Source of the DNA: Abditibacterium sp.
GTDB lineage: Bacteria > Armatimonadota > Abditibacteriia > Abditibacteriales > Abditibacteriaceae
Reading direction: 5' to 3'
Assembly (NCBI GenBank): GCA_965199495.1
Contig: CBDASK010000003.1
Coordinates: forward strand, 3,392,001 to 3,456,000
Length of the DNA stretch: 64,000 bases
Part shown: in pieces, positions 39,188 to 48,702 of the stretch
Layout of the letters: each line of letters opens with the position of its first letter
How positions within the stretch are numbered: the stretch's first letter is position 1
Position numbers and translations under genes: made by a program
The notes under the pieces: generated by a model
Databases searched by the model: none
What the model saw: the letters and a program-made list of their open reading frames with translations, nothing else
What the model was told of the DNA's origin: nothing

Positions 39188-39802
39188 ATGAGCGCACAAC
39201 TTCAACTCGAAACGTGGACGCAAGACGAATATCTGACGATGGAAGAGAATTCGCCCATCAAACATGAACTGATTTACGGCATTCCCTACGCGATGGCGGG
39301 CTGCACGTTCAATCACACGCGCGTTTGCACCAACTTGGCTCGACACATAGGAAACCGTTTGAGCGGCAAACCTTGTAACGTGCATTCGAGCGAGCAGAAA
39401 GTCAAAGTCGAAAAATCGGGCAATACCTTTTATCCCGACGCGGTGATTTTCTGCCCGCCGTCGCGTTTCGCGGGCAAGGGCGACCAACTTCTGCTCACGC
39501 CAACGGTGATTTTCGAGGTTCTCTCGCCCTCGACCGCCGAATACGACCGCGCCGATAAATTCAAGGATTATCGCCGCATCGAGACTTTAACCGACTACGT
39601 TCTCATCGATCCCGACCGCATTTACGTTGACCATTTTCGCCGTCAGAGCGACGGTTGGCTGTTGCGCAATTACACGTTGCGCTCCGACGTTTTGCTGTTT
39701 CCCGATTTACAAATCGAACTGCCGCTCGAAGAAATCTACGAAGAGTTGGACGTGCCCGAATCGTTGCAATTGGTGTGGCCACCCGCCAGCGACGAAGATT
39801 GA
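39188..39802 (+). CDS. Uma2 family (PD-(D/E)xK) endonuclease-like protein
   Basis: HELIYG..YAMAG, YPD, EVLSPST..YDR..KF..Y. Confidence 0.92.
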   Translation: MSAQLQLETWTQDEYLTMEENSPIKHELIYGIPYAMAGCTFNHTRVCTNLARHIGNRLSGKPCNVHSSEQKVKVEKSGNTFYPDAVIFCPPSRFAGKGDQLLLTPTVIFEVLSPSTAEYDRADKFKDYRRIETLTDYVLIDPDRIYVDHFRRQSDGWLLRNYTLRSDVLLFPDLQIELPLEEIYEELDVPESLQLVWPPASDED

Positions 39803-39830
39803 TCGTATCGAATCGGGGAAACTATTGAGC

Positions 39831-40298
39831 ATGAACGAGACATTGCACGCGCGGGCCGCCAGCGCGCCGGGAAAATTAATTTTCATTGCGGGCGTGGCTG
39901 TGCTTTACGGCTGTTTGTGGGGCGCGTTTGCCATTTTTTCCCGCGCCATTACGGTGTTATTATGGAGTTTCGCAACGGCAGACCCGGCTTATCACATCGA
40001 CGGTTTTGCTTCGCTCTATCTGGCTCTGGTTTATGGGCCGATTGAAATCGTGCCCTACATTTTCCCTCTGGCACTGGCTTTCGCCGTCGTTTTGGCCGTG
40101 GGCGAAAGCAAAGAACGCGATTTAGTTCGCCTCAGCTTTGGGCTGGGAGTTCTAAGCGGCGTGATTCAACTGGCGATTCTCGCTCTGGTTTATCCGATAG
40201 CTGGAATTACGCCTGAACTTGCGCTCTTCGCTTCGCCCGCATTTTTAGGTTCGGTTGGCGCTGGATGCTTCATCGGACGCATGCTTGAACACGATTAA
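39831..40298 (+). CDS. Hypothetical membrane protein
   Basis: About four hydrophobic segments; 3' end overlaps the convergent gene. Confidence 0.6.
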   Translation: MNETLHARAASAPGKLIFIAGVAVLYGCLWGAFAIFSRAITVLLWSFATADPAYHIDGFASLYLALVYGPIEIVPYIFPLALAFAVVLAVGESKERDLVRLSFGLGVLSGVIQLAILALVYPIAGITPELALFASPAFLGSVGAGCFIGRMLEHD

Positions 40299-42182
40299 TT
40301 TCTGTTTGACAATCGCGCCCGCGCTTGTAAATCCCAGCATCATCAACGAGACGAAGACGCCGAGGCGAAACGTTTCGGGATTGTAGCCGCCGTCTTTCCA
40401 GCCGGGCGAAAACGCCGCGCCACTGATGCGCGTTTGTCCGACAATCGGACGTTCCCACACGTCGCAACCATCGGCGGAAAATACGATTTTTCCCTGCGGC
40501 GTATTGGTGCCCAAATCCAAACTTTGCGGCACAACAATAAAGCGCGTCGCCAGCGAATCCAAGACCGGCGAGCGCAAATTATTGATCAAAACCATGTTGC
40601 CGTTGAGCGCGGGTTCGGCGCCCTCGACCTGTTGGCCGCCTAAATTGGTGAACTCTTCGCCGTTGATATAAGCGCGATATTGGCGCAACGAAAGCGAATC
40701 GTAGCCGTTGACTTCGTTGAGACGATAAACCGTCGCGCCGTTGGGCGGCAGCGCGCCGATTGGATGGGTTTGCGGCGGGCGAAACGCTTCGTTGGGCAGC
40801 CACTGCGTGCGCGGCGTATAAAACAAAACGCGATTGTTTTGGTCAACGCGCGCTTGCAGCCACGTCGTCAAAGTCGTGGTCGGATAAATCTGCGCGCGCG
40901 GCGCTGTCGGTTGCGCGATGAACGCATTGAATCCCAATTCGGCGGCGACGAGAAGCAAAGCCACGGCGGGCACGAGGGAACTTTTTAGCTTCGCGCGCAA
41001 GAAATCTACGCCAAATCCGCACAATAGCGCCGCGCCCAAATTCCACAAAACTAAAGCGCGGCCCGTGCCGCCCATTTGCGAAACGCCGGGCACGCCATAA
41101 AAAAACAATTGCGCGAGGGGCGTCGCGAGCGCGTAGAGCAAACCGAAAATCGTCAAAGCCAACGCGAACCATTTGCCACTCGAACTTTGATTTGGGCGCG
41201 CGCGCCAGGCCAAACCGGCCAGCGCCAAGAGCGCGACGCCGACGCCGACGTAACCGAAATTTTCGTTAAGTGACGCCCAACTCATCGGCCAACCGGGAAT
41301 AAACAGCGACGGCAGTTCGCCAATTTGTAAAGCGCGTTTGTGAACTTCCTGCCACGCCTCCGGCGTGGCTGCTCCGACCGCGCGATGACCGTAGCGCGCC
41401 AATTCGAGCGTCGGCAAAATTTGTAGCATCGAAAGCAGTGCCGCGCCGAATAATGCGCTGAACCAGATTAAGTAACCGCGCCCGCGCTTTTTCAAAAACG
41501 GCACGCGTAGCAACAACGCCAGAACAATGTAAAAGAAAATCTGCGCGTGTCCCGCCAACAGCGCGCACGAAAGCGCCAAAACCAAACCTAACGCCGACAG
41601 ATGCGCGCGCTTGTCGTCGCAGGCTTTCTCGAATAACAACAGACAGAGCGGCAACCAACTCGCCGTCGCAAATAGCGTCGGCAACAGCGCCCACGCGGCC
41701 AAATAGCCGCAAAACGCAAACGCAATCGCCGCGACAACGCTCGCCGCGCGGCTCAGGCGCCAGCGTTGGCACAGAAAATACGTCGAAAACGCCGCCAAAA
41801 GCGTGTGCGCCAATGCAGCCACGCCGAAGGCGTAGGCGGTATCGAAGAGCCAAAACGGCAAATTGAGCGGGTAGAAAACCGCGCTTTGCGCGTTGGCCAC
41901 GAACGGCGTGCCGGAGAACTCGAACGGATTCCAGAGCGGAATGTGTCCGCGCTGCAATTCTTGCGCGGCGAAGTGACGCCACGGATAATACTGCGCCAGC
42001 GAATCCCATTGCAAAATTGTCCACGGCGCCTGCGGATTGCCGCCAAAGGGCGCGAAGCCGGACAGCATCGCGCCGGGTAGCAAAACCTGGCCGGTGAACA
42101 AAACGCGGCTCCACAGCGCGAGGGCAAAAAGCGTGAGAAGTCCCAGCGACGGCGCGTGTTTCTGCGGTAAAATAGATTTCAT
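40245..42182 (-). CDS. YfhO-like GT-C membrane glycosyltransferase
   Basis: D...QYYPW, IPLWNP...GTPF.AN.Q..VFYPL, LAGHAQ, GYDSL, Y.P..FRLG. Confidence 0.8.
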   Translation of the reverse strand: MKSILPQKHAPSLGLLTLFALALWSRVLFTGQVLLPGAMLSGFAPFGGNPQAPWTILQWDSLAQYYPWRHFAAQELQRGHIPLWNPFEFSGTPFVANAQSAVFYPLNLPFWLFDTAYAFGVAALAHTLLAAFSTYFLCQRWRLSRAASVVAAIAFAFCGYLAAWALLPTLFATASWLPLCLLLFEKACDDKRAHLSALGLVLALSCALLAGHAQIFFYIVLALLLRVPFLKKRGRGYLIWFSALFGAALLSMLQILPTLELARYGHRAVGAATPEAWQEVHKRALQIGELPSLFIPGWPMSWASLNENFGYVGVGVALLALAGLAWRARPNQSSSGKWFALALTIFGLLYALATPLAQLFFYGVPGVSQMGGTGRALVLWNLGAALLCGFGVDFLRAKLKSSLVPAVALLLVAAELGFNAFIAQPTAPRAQIYPTTTLTTWLQARVDQNNRVLFYTPRTQWLPNEAFRPPQTHPIGALPPNGATVYRLNEVNGYDSLSLRQYRAYINGEEFTNLGGQQVEGAEPALNGNMVLINNLRSPVLDSLATRFIVVPQSLDLGTNTPQGKIVFSADGCDVWERPIVGQTRISGAAFSPGWKDGGYNPETFRLGVFVSLMMLGFTSAGAIVKQKLIVFKHASDEASSANRT

Positions 42183-42233
42183 GCGGGAATGTGACGCCCT
42201 TGGGAGTTGCGTTTGTCCAACCCTTTTTAATTC

Positions 42234-42704
42234 ATGCGACAATTGATTAAGTTTTGCATCGTCGGCGCCTCCAGCACGGTGATTGATAAAGGCATTTTCT
42301 GGTTATTGCTCAACGCGTTTCCGCTCGTGCCGTGGTGGGTGATGCAAAGTATTTCGTTTTGCTTCGGCGTTTCCAACGGTTTTTTCTGGAACCAACGCTG
42401 GACGTTTCGCGCGCATAAACAAGGCGCGACGCGCTCGCAATATTCCAAGTTTTTCCTCACCAATGTCATCGGATTGGGTATCAATCTGCTGATTACCAAA
42501 GGTTTTTTGTTTTTGTTCACCGGCAAGTTCATTCACGTCGTCAATCCCGATAAGAAAACAGTTCTGATTGCGTCTTTGTGCGCCGTCCCGATTGTGGTGG
42601 TTTGGAATTTCGGCGCCTCGCGTTTGTGGACGTTCAAGGCGCCCAGCGAGCCAAAGTCGAACGTCGAAAGTGAAATTGGCGCGCCGCCGATTGCGGCGCC
42701 GTAA
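42234..42704 (+). CDS. GtrA family protein (lipid-linked sugar translocase-like)
   Basis: KFCIVGASSTVID, FFWNQRWTF, WNF..SRLWTF. Confidence 0.9.
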   Translation: MRQLIKFCIVGASSTVIDKGIFWLLLNAFPLVPWWVMQSISFCFGVSNGFFWNQRWTFRAHKQGATRSQYSKFFLTNVIGLGINLLITKGFLFLFTGKFIHVVNPDKKTVLIASLCAVPIVVVWNFGASRLWTFKAPSEPKSNVESEIGAPPIAAP

Positions 42705-42712
42705 ACAGCGCC

Positions 42713-43291
42713 TTACTTTTCCACACTGCCGCGCCGACTCCACGGCCACAACCGGTAAACCGCGCGCGCGGTAATATCGCCTTCGCTAATCGGCCCATTC
42801 CGGCTCGAATCGTCCGAGTTGTTGCGGTTGTCGCCCAAAACCCAATACTGATTTGGCCCCAAAGTCACAGGCGCGCGCTTAAATTCATCGGACGGTTCTT
42901 TGAGATAAGGCTCAATGGGAATATCTTGGTTGACGTGAAAGCGTCCGTCGGTATAATGAATCACTTCGCCCGGCATTCCGACGATACGTTTGATCAAAGT
43001 TTCGCCCTGTGAATCCCAAGTGTTAGGCGCGATGAAAGTCACGATGTCGCCGCGTTTCCAAGTGCCGCGCAAAACCACGCGATGATCGGTCAACAAATAA
43101 TCGCCGATTTGTAGTGTCGGCTCCATCGAACCCGAAATAACCAGCGCGGTATCGAAAACTAACGATTTGAGCAGCAATACAAAGAGCAGTGGCAGGAGGA
43201 TCAAACCCATGCGAAACAGCGATTTATTGAAGCGGGTTTTGGCCGGGTCAGGCGCCGTGGCTGATGTGCCGGAAGAGAATTCGATGGGCAT
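42713..43291 (-). CDS. lepB: Signal peptidase I
   Basis: SGSMEPTL, IKRIVGMPGE, GDNRNNSDDS. Confidence 0.93.
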   Translation of the reverse strand: MPIEFSSGTSATAPDPAKTRFNKSLFRMGLILLPLLFVLLLKSLVFDTALVISGSMEPTLQIGDYLLTDHRVVLRGTWKRGDIVTFIAPNTWDSQGETLIKRIVGMPGEVIHYTDGRFHVNQDIPIEPYLKEPSDEFKRAPVTLGPNQYWVLGDNRNNSDDSSRNGPISEGDITARAVYRLWPWSRRGSVEK

Positions 43292-43300
43292 ATGTTTTTC

Positions 43301-43395
43301 GTAGAGACGCCGATTTATCGCGTCTAAAACGTTTAAGATTCCGCAAAACTTGTGCGTTCATTCACGTTTTAGACGCGATAAATCGGCGTCTCTAC
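43301..43395. repeat. REP-like inverted repeat, family A
   Basis: GTAGAGACGCCGATTTATCGCGTCTAAAAC...GTTTTAGACGCGATAAATCGGCGTCTCTAC. Confidence 0.9.
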
Positions 43396-43404
43396 GGGCC
43401 TTTT

Positions 43405-44748
43405 CTACAAATCTAACTTATCGCGCAAATAGCTTTCGACACGATCTAAGCCGACGCGTTCTTGCAACATCGTGTCGCGGTCGCGCACCGTCACGGCGTT
43501 GTCTTTTTCGATGGTATCGAAATCCACCGTCACGCAGTAGGGCGTGCCGATTTCGTCCTGACGGCGATACAATTTGCCGATGGCGCCGGTATCGTCATAT
43601 TGCGCGGCCATGCGTTTGGCCAGTTCGCCTTTGAGCTTTTTGGCGACTTCGACAATCGGCGCTTTATTTTTGGCGAGCGGCAAAACCGCGACTTTGACGG
43701 GCGCGATTTTGGGATGAAACTTCAAAACCGTGCGCATATCGCCCGGCTTGACTTCTTCTTCGTGATAAGCGTCTACCAAAAACGCCAGCGTCGCGCGGTC
43801 GGCGCCCGCGCTCGGCTCGATGACGTAGGGCACGATATGTTGATTAGTTTGCGGATCGAGGTAAGTCAGCTTTTTGCCGCTCATTTCGGCGTGCGCCTTC
43901 AAATCGAAGTCGGCGCGGTTGGCGATGCCTTCCAATTCCGACGGCTCGTCCATAAACGGAAATTGATACTCGATGTCGGTCGTTCCGGTCGAGGCTTCGG
44001 ATTGCGCGTAGTGCGCCAGTTCGTCTTTGTCGTGCGGGCGCAAACTGAGGTTTTCGGGTTTAATTCCTAAATCCAAATACCATTGATAACGCGCGTCAAT
44101 CCATTCCTGATGAATGCGCGGCGCATCTTCGGGGCGACAGAAATACTCGATTTCCATCTGCTCGAATTCGCGCGTGCGAAAGGTAAAGTTGCCCGGCGTG
44201 ATTTCGTTGCGAAACGCCTTGCCGACTTGGGCAATGCCAAACGGCAACTTCTTGCGCGTGGTGGTTTGCACGTTGCTGAAGTTGACGAAAATGCCCTGCG
44301 CCGTTTCGGGCCGCAGATAGGCGATGTTCGAGCCGTCCTCGCGCTCGACCGGCCCCACGCTCGTCTTAAACATCAAGTTAAATTCGCGCGGCGGCGTGAA
44401 CGAATCCTTCGCGCCACAGTTCGGGCACGGAGCCGACAAATCAACGTGATCGGCGCGAAAGCGCGCGTTGCAGTTTTTGCAGTCCACCAACGGGTCGGAA
44501 AATGTGTCCAAATGCCCCGACGCTTTCCAGACAATCGGCGCCATCAAAATCGCCGAATCGAGTCCGACCATATCATCGCGCTGACGAACGACGGCATTCC
44601 ACCACGCCTCTTTGACGTTGCGCTTGAGTTCGACTCCGAGCGGGCCATAATCCCACACCGAGGCGAAACCGCCATAAATTTCCGATGATTGAAACACAAA
44701 GCCACGTCGCTTGCACAGCGACACGATCTCTTCCATTTTTAAAGCCAT
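43405..44748 (-). CDS. glyQS: Glycine--tRNA ligase (homodimeric alpha2 type)
   Basis: [51 protein letters not shown]. Confidence 0.97.
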   Translation of the reverse strand: MALKMEEIVSLCKRRGFVFQSSEIYGGFASVWDYGPLGVELKRNVKEAWWNAVVRQRDDMVGLDSAILMAPIVWKASGHLDTFSDPLVDCKNCNARFRADHVDLSAPCPNCGAKDSFTPPREFNLMFKTSVGPVEREDGSNIAYLRPETAQGIFVNFSNVQTTTRKKLPFGIAQVGKAFRNEITPGNFTFRTREFEQMEIEYFCRPEDAPRIHQEWIDARYQWYLDLGIKPENLSLRPHDKDELAHYAQSEASTGTTDIEYQFPFMDEPSELEGIANRADFDLKAHAEMSGKKLTYLDPQTNQHIVPYVIEPSAGADRATLAFLVDAYHEEEVKPGDMRTVLKFHPKIAPVKVAVLPLAKNKAPIVEVAKKLKGELAKRMAAQYDDTGAIGKLYRRQDEIGTPYCVTVDFDTIEKDNAVTVRDRDTMLQERVGLDRVESYLRDKLDL

Positions 44749-44805
44749 AGCCGTTAAAGGTTAGCGAATTTGGACGCGTTCAGTCGAAAGAATCGGTCAA
44801 TTCGA

Positions 44806-45810
44806 TCATAAAGGTGTTTCAAACTTCAGTGGCCAATTTTCGTTTACCGAAATTTTGCCGCGCAACGTGAGTTTGTGGCGCGCTTTGAAAAGCGAATCCA
44901 GATGAACTGAGAGGCTGTTGACATCCTCGCCCTCAACAAGTTGTTTTTTGAGTTTCCTTTCGGCTGCCGACCAGCCAACATCCTCGAAATCAAAGTTGCC
45001 TTTGCGATTATATCGATGAATATTTCCTTTTTCGTCCACGATTTCCACATCGTAAATGCGCGAGGAAGATAGAGCGGATTTGAAATTATCATTCTTTTGG
45101 CGGCGATAAATGATGTGGACTTCTGCCTCTTCTCTCATCGCAATATCTCTTCGACTGGGGTCGTTCAAATTTACGAAAGGATCGACCACAACTTTGATTA
45201 TCTGCCCACCCGTCGTGCGATCATTGGATGAAGGCATTGTTTCGCCTGCTTTACGAATCTCGCGCTCGATTTTTAAAGGCGCAAGTCCCGCCAGACTGTA
45301 TAGTCCGCGAAATTTAACTGCTCCTGCCTCTGAGGGCACGCTATTAAGCCGCACGAAGCTAACGAAGACGTAGTTTCCATCTTCGTCAACAGAATACTTT
45401 GTCGTTCGTTCTTCACCGACTTTGGTTTGTCTAACCGCAATCCCGTTGCGTGTCGTCGTTAGAACTCCGCCCGTCCATGCCGTTTGTTTTCTTCTGCCAA
45501 GCGGCAATGATGCTATCGAAGATAGCAATGCTTCTGGGTGCAACGGGTCTGCTGGGCCGTTGCCGTTGCAACAATCGTTCGTCCATTCTGGCCGAGGCCA
45601 ACCCGGAGAAATTGTTACTGTCACTTGATGGCTGAAACCTCGTTCCTGCCAATACCCCGGCGCCGATTCGGCTTTGAAATCCGAAACATACATCGAACGC
45701 GGTTGAGGCTTAGGTCGTGCTTCTCGCCCCTGCCACCAAAACGCCAGCGCGCCGATGAGTAAAAATGGCGCGAACAGCCACAGTTCGCGCGCTTTGAATC
45801 GTTGTCGCAT
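44806..45810 (-). CDS. Membrane-anchored hypothetical protein, paralog family member 1
   Basis: MRQRFKARELWLFAPFLLIG anchor; motifs shared with 46602, 47616 and 58688. Confidence 0.8.
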   Translation of the reverse strand: MRQRFKARELWLFAPFLLIGALAFWWQGREARPKPQPRSMYVSDFKAESAPGYWQERGFSHQVTVTISPGWPRPEWTNDCCNGNGPADPLHPEALLSSIASLPLGRRKQTAWTGGVLTTTRNGIAVRQTKVGEERTTKYSVDEDGNYVFVSFVRLNSVPSEAGAVKFRGLYSLAGLAPLKIEREIRKAGETMPSSNDRTTGGQIIKVVVDPFVNLNDPSRRDIAMREEAEVHIIYRRQKNDNFKSALSSSRIYDVEIVDEKGNIHRYNRKGNFDFEDVGWSAAERKLKKQLVEGEDVNSLSVHLDSLFKARHKLTLRGKISVNENWPLKFETPL

Positions 45811-45814
45811 TTCT

Positions 45815-45841
45815 TTAGTTTACATTTGCATCGAAGACAAA
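45815..45841. repeat. Duplicate of the 3' end of the ubiA-family gene
   Basis: TTAGTTTACATTTGCATCGAAG identical at 45815-45836 and 48698-48719 (26/27 when extended). Confidence 0.9.
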
Positions 45842-45912
45842 CATCGCTAATCGTGCGACGATAAATTCCAAATTATTTTATATTTGAGCCGAATTTGACA
45901 TATATTTGGCGT

Positions 45913-46286
45913 GTGAATCCTGAAGAGAAACCACTGGATCGATTTAAGGGCGTGCAAATCACCACTCCACCGATGGGGGCGGTTGCGCGGCGTGAGGCCG
46001 GTTTTTTGCTGGGGCGCATTGCTGGGGCGCATTGCTGGGGCGCATTCAGGATGGCGAAGTTTTGGGAATGCCGCACGCGCGACCATTGTCAAACATCGCC
46101 GCTGGTCTCTACGAATTGCGTATTCGCGAGGCCGATAAAAACTGGCGCATCTTCTATCGCGTTGATGATGACCGTATTCTGCTGATTCACCAGATCAATA
46201 AAACGACGCAAACTTTGCCCGACAAAGACAAAGCGTTAATTCGTCAACGTCTCGCTGCTTACGATGCAGCCAAAGCCGAGGAGTAA
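45913..46286 (+). pseudogene. RelE/HigB (Gp49-like) toxin, frameshifted by a 13-bp tandem repeat
   Basis: N-part KPL...TPPM...ARREAGFLLGRI and C-part QDGE.LGMPHARPL...GLYELRI...WRIFY are in different frames; GCTGGGGCGCATT x3 at 46008-46046. Confidence 0.85.
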
Positions 46287-46292
46287 ACCAAA

Positions 46293-46586
46293 ATGAAAAC
46301 CGAAGATTTGGGCCGCGAAGTCACGCGCGCCGAACTGTTGGGACTCACGCCCGAAGACGAAGCCATCGTTAATATCCGCTTGGCGCTGCACCGCAAACTC
46401 AAAGAAGCGCGCGCGCGCAGTGGCTTGAGTCAGGCGGCGCTGGCGCAGCGCATCGGGTCGAGCCAATCGCGCATCGCCAAAGCCGAAGCGGGTTCGCGCG
46501 AAATTTCGCTCGATTTAATCTTGCGCGCCGCCATCGCGAGTGGAGCCACGGCGCGCGAAATTGGCGAAGCGATCCAGGCGATGTAA
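46293..46586 (+). CDS. XRE/HigA-like HTH antitoxin
   Basis: GLSQAALAQRIGSSQSRIAKAE HTH; directly downstream of the toxin. Confidence 0.9.
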   Translation: MKTEDLGREVTRAELLGLTPEDEAIVNIRLALHRKLKEARARSGLSQAALAQRIGSSQSRIAKAEAGSREISLDLILRAAIASGATAREIGEAIQAM

Positions 46587-46601
46587 CTTGAAAGCGCAAA
46601 G

Positions 46602-47600
46602 CTACTTCGCGGGCGCCGTGGCTGCTGGTCGCGGCGGCAGTTTTATCTCGAATGGAATCGGCCATCTGTCGCCTAAATATACGTTGCCTTTGACAGTGAT
46701 GCGGCCTTTGGTTTTATCTTGCGCGTCTATGGACAAATTGAAAACTTTGCCGATCTGACCGGGCTTCAACGAGATTTTTGGCTCTTCCGGAAAGCCTGTT
46801 CCGTAAGTTGTATAGCCAGAAACTCCAGTCGTTTCGTCATTCATGTCGGTGATTGTGCAATTTAATTCGGGCTTTTTTGTCTTGGATGCCAGCGGCAGAA
46901 TCGGTTCGACAATGATTTTAATCGCGGTTAGATCAGAGGTTTTCGATAAGTTGCTGACTGCGCCCATCGGGTTGTTTTTCCATGGCGTTGCTTCAATCGA
47001 GACCAACTTAACGCCCGGATTTTTATCTACTGGCGGAAACTTCTCGCCCGCCGCGCGCACCACTTTTTGTGCCCTGACTAAATCGCCATTCTTAAACTGG
47101 TAAAGCCCCCGGAAAGTGACTTTGCCCAACTTCGGCGACACCCCGCGCAGATTGAAAGGATGCTTGATTTTATAGTTTTGTCCATCAAATTGAACAATTC
47201 TTGGATAGCCCGTGGAAATAGCATCCACGAACACCGTTTTGTCCGGTCGAAGAGCTGTTATAATTCCGCCCGCCGCCCATTTGATGTTGGTTTTGGGCGT
47301 ATAATAAACAGTTGGCGGCCTTTTCTCATTCATCGGATCGAGCGAAAGTGGCGTTTCGTCTATTTCGCCCCACCAACGCGGCTTAGGCCACGAATGCGAG
47401 AGCGTTACCGTAACATAATGGCTCACATCCATCGCTTCATCGCGCCCCGTTGCGGGCGTGCGCTCGATTTTCGACACATACATCCCGCGTTTTTCCGGTG
47501 GATTGACTTGTTCCCAACGCCGGTAAAATAAGGCCGCCACGCCGATGAGTAAAAATGGCGCGAACAGCCACAGTTCGCGCGCTTTGAATCGTTGTCGCAT
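46602..47600 (-). CDS. Membrane-anchored hypothetical protein, paralog family member 2
   Basis: First 60 nt identical to member 1; SH.V.V, WPKP.WW, FRGLY, RWPIPF motifs. Confidence 0.8.
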   Translation of the reverse strand: MRQRFKARELWLFAPFLLIGVAALFYRRWEQVNPPEKRGMYVSKIERTPATGRDEAMDVSHYVTVTLSHSWPKPRWWGEIDETPLSLDPMNEKRPPTVYYTPKTNIKWAAGGIITALRPDKTVFVDAISTGYPRIVQFDGQNYKIKHPFNLRGVSPKLGKVTFRGLYQFKNGDLVRAQKVVRAAGEKFPPVDKNPGVKLVSIEATPWKNNPMGAVSNLSKTSDLTAIKIIVEPILPLASKTKKPELNCTITDMNDETTGVSGYTTYGTGFPEEPKISLKPGQIGKVFNLSIDAQDKTKGRITVKGNVYLGDRWPIPFEIKLPPRPAATAPAK

Positions 47601-47615
47601 AAAATAGAGTTTCGC

Positions 47616-48692
47616 TTATGGCGTTTCGATTGGCTTGCCATCGCGCCAGAGCGGAATGGGAAAATCGTCGGCTTTGCCAACGTAGGTATCAGCGCCGCCG
47701 CGAGGTGGCAATTCGACCTTGAATTGTAAGGGCCAGCGTTGATCGAGCGAGATTTTCCCGCTCATGGTCAGGCGCCCCGTTGTTTTAATGCGCTGATCTA
47801 TCATCAATACCGTCCCTTGCACTCGCTCATTGTGCGCACGATTGGCGTTTGCCGAAGTCTCGCCGCTACTCGTGCCTTGAGAAAAACCTGTGGTCGAGTA
47901 AGGGCTGATTATCACGCCCTTTTCGTCTTTCAACTCGATGTCATAAACCGGAAATCCACCGAAATTTGATTGCGAAGCAGTCGCTTGCAAATCTCGAACG
48001 CGGAAGTTCAAACGGCAATCATCCTCTTTGCTGGTTTTGCCGCGCACCGTGGCACCATTGAAAACTTGAAATGGTTTCGCATCAATTGCGAGCAGTTGCG
48101 CGCCCGGATTTTTGTCCGTCGCCATCGGCAAAGTTTCGCCCGCCTTGCGCACGGCTCGCTCAAGGGCAATCTGCGGTTGTCCGACAATGCGATACAAACC
48201 GTGAAACGTGATCGCGCCCGCTTTAGCCGGAATTTCGCTGAGCTTAATATAGTGAGAAAAGCGATAGGTGTCGTTTTCAAACGTTCCTGAAGTTGTCAGA
48301 ATCGCGTCTTTGTCGGGCCATCGAATATTTCTGCCATCCTGCACGAAGGTAATCGCTCCACCCGGCGAAAGATATTGATTGAGTGTCGTGCCGCCAATCA
48401 GGCTTTCGGGTCTTTCCGGATGAAGCGGATCACACCGGCTACTAATATTTCCCGTTTGCCCCCACCATTTTGGGCGCGGCCACGGATGCGAAACACTCAC
48501 TTCGACTTGATGGCTGTAACCTTTTTCCCGCCAATATCCCGGCGCCGCCTCGACTTTGAAATCTGAAACAAGCATTCCGCCTGCGCCCGGTCTGGAAACT
48601 TGTTCGACGCGCGCCCAGTAAATTGCGCCCGCGATAATTAGTAAAAACGGCGCGAACAGCCACAGTTCGCGCGCTTTGAATTTGAGTTTCAT
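47616..48692 (-). CDS. Membrane-anchored hypothetical protein, paralog family member 3
   Basis: FKARELWLFAPFLLI anchor; APGYW, FHGLY, RKAGET, GKISLDQRWPL. Confidence 0.8.
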   Translation of the reverse strand: MKLKFKARELWLFAPFLLIIAGAIYWARVEQVSRPGAGGMLVSDFKVEAAPGYWREKGYSHQVEVSVSHPWPRPKWWGQTGNISSRCDPLHPERPESLIGGTTLNQYLSPGGAITFVQDGRNIRWPDKDAILTTSGTFENDTYRFSHYIKLSEIPAKAGAITFHGLYRIVGQPQIALERAVRKAGETLPMATDKNPGAQLLAIDAKPFQVFNGATVRGKTSKEDDCRLNFRVRDLQATASQSNFGGFPVYDIELKDEKGVIISPYSTTGFSQGTSSGETSANANRAHNERVQGTVLMIDQRIKTTGRLTMSGKISLDQRWPLQFKVELPPRGGADTYVGKADDFPIPLWRDGKPIETP

Positions 48693-48702
48693 CGGCGTTA
48701 GT

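Noticed and set aside
44806..48692. Integron cassette array or diversity-generating retroelement
   Set aside because: No attC-like sites recognised, no integrase or reverse transcriptase in the window, and the divergence is not adenine-specific
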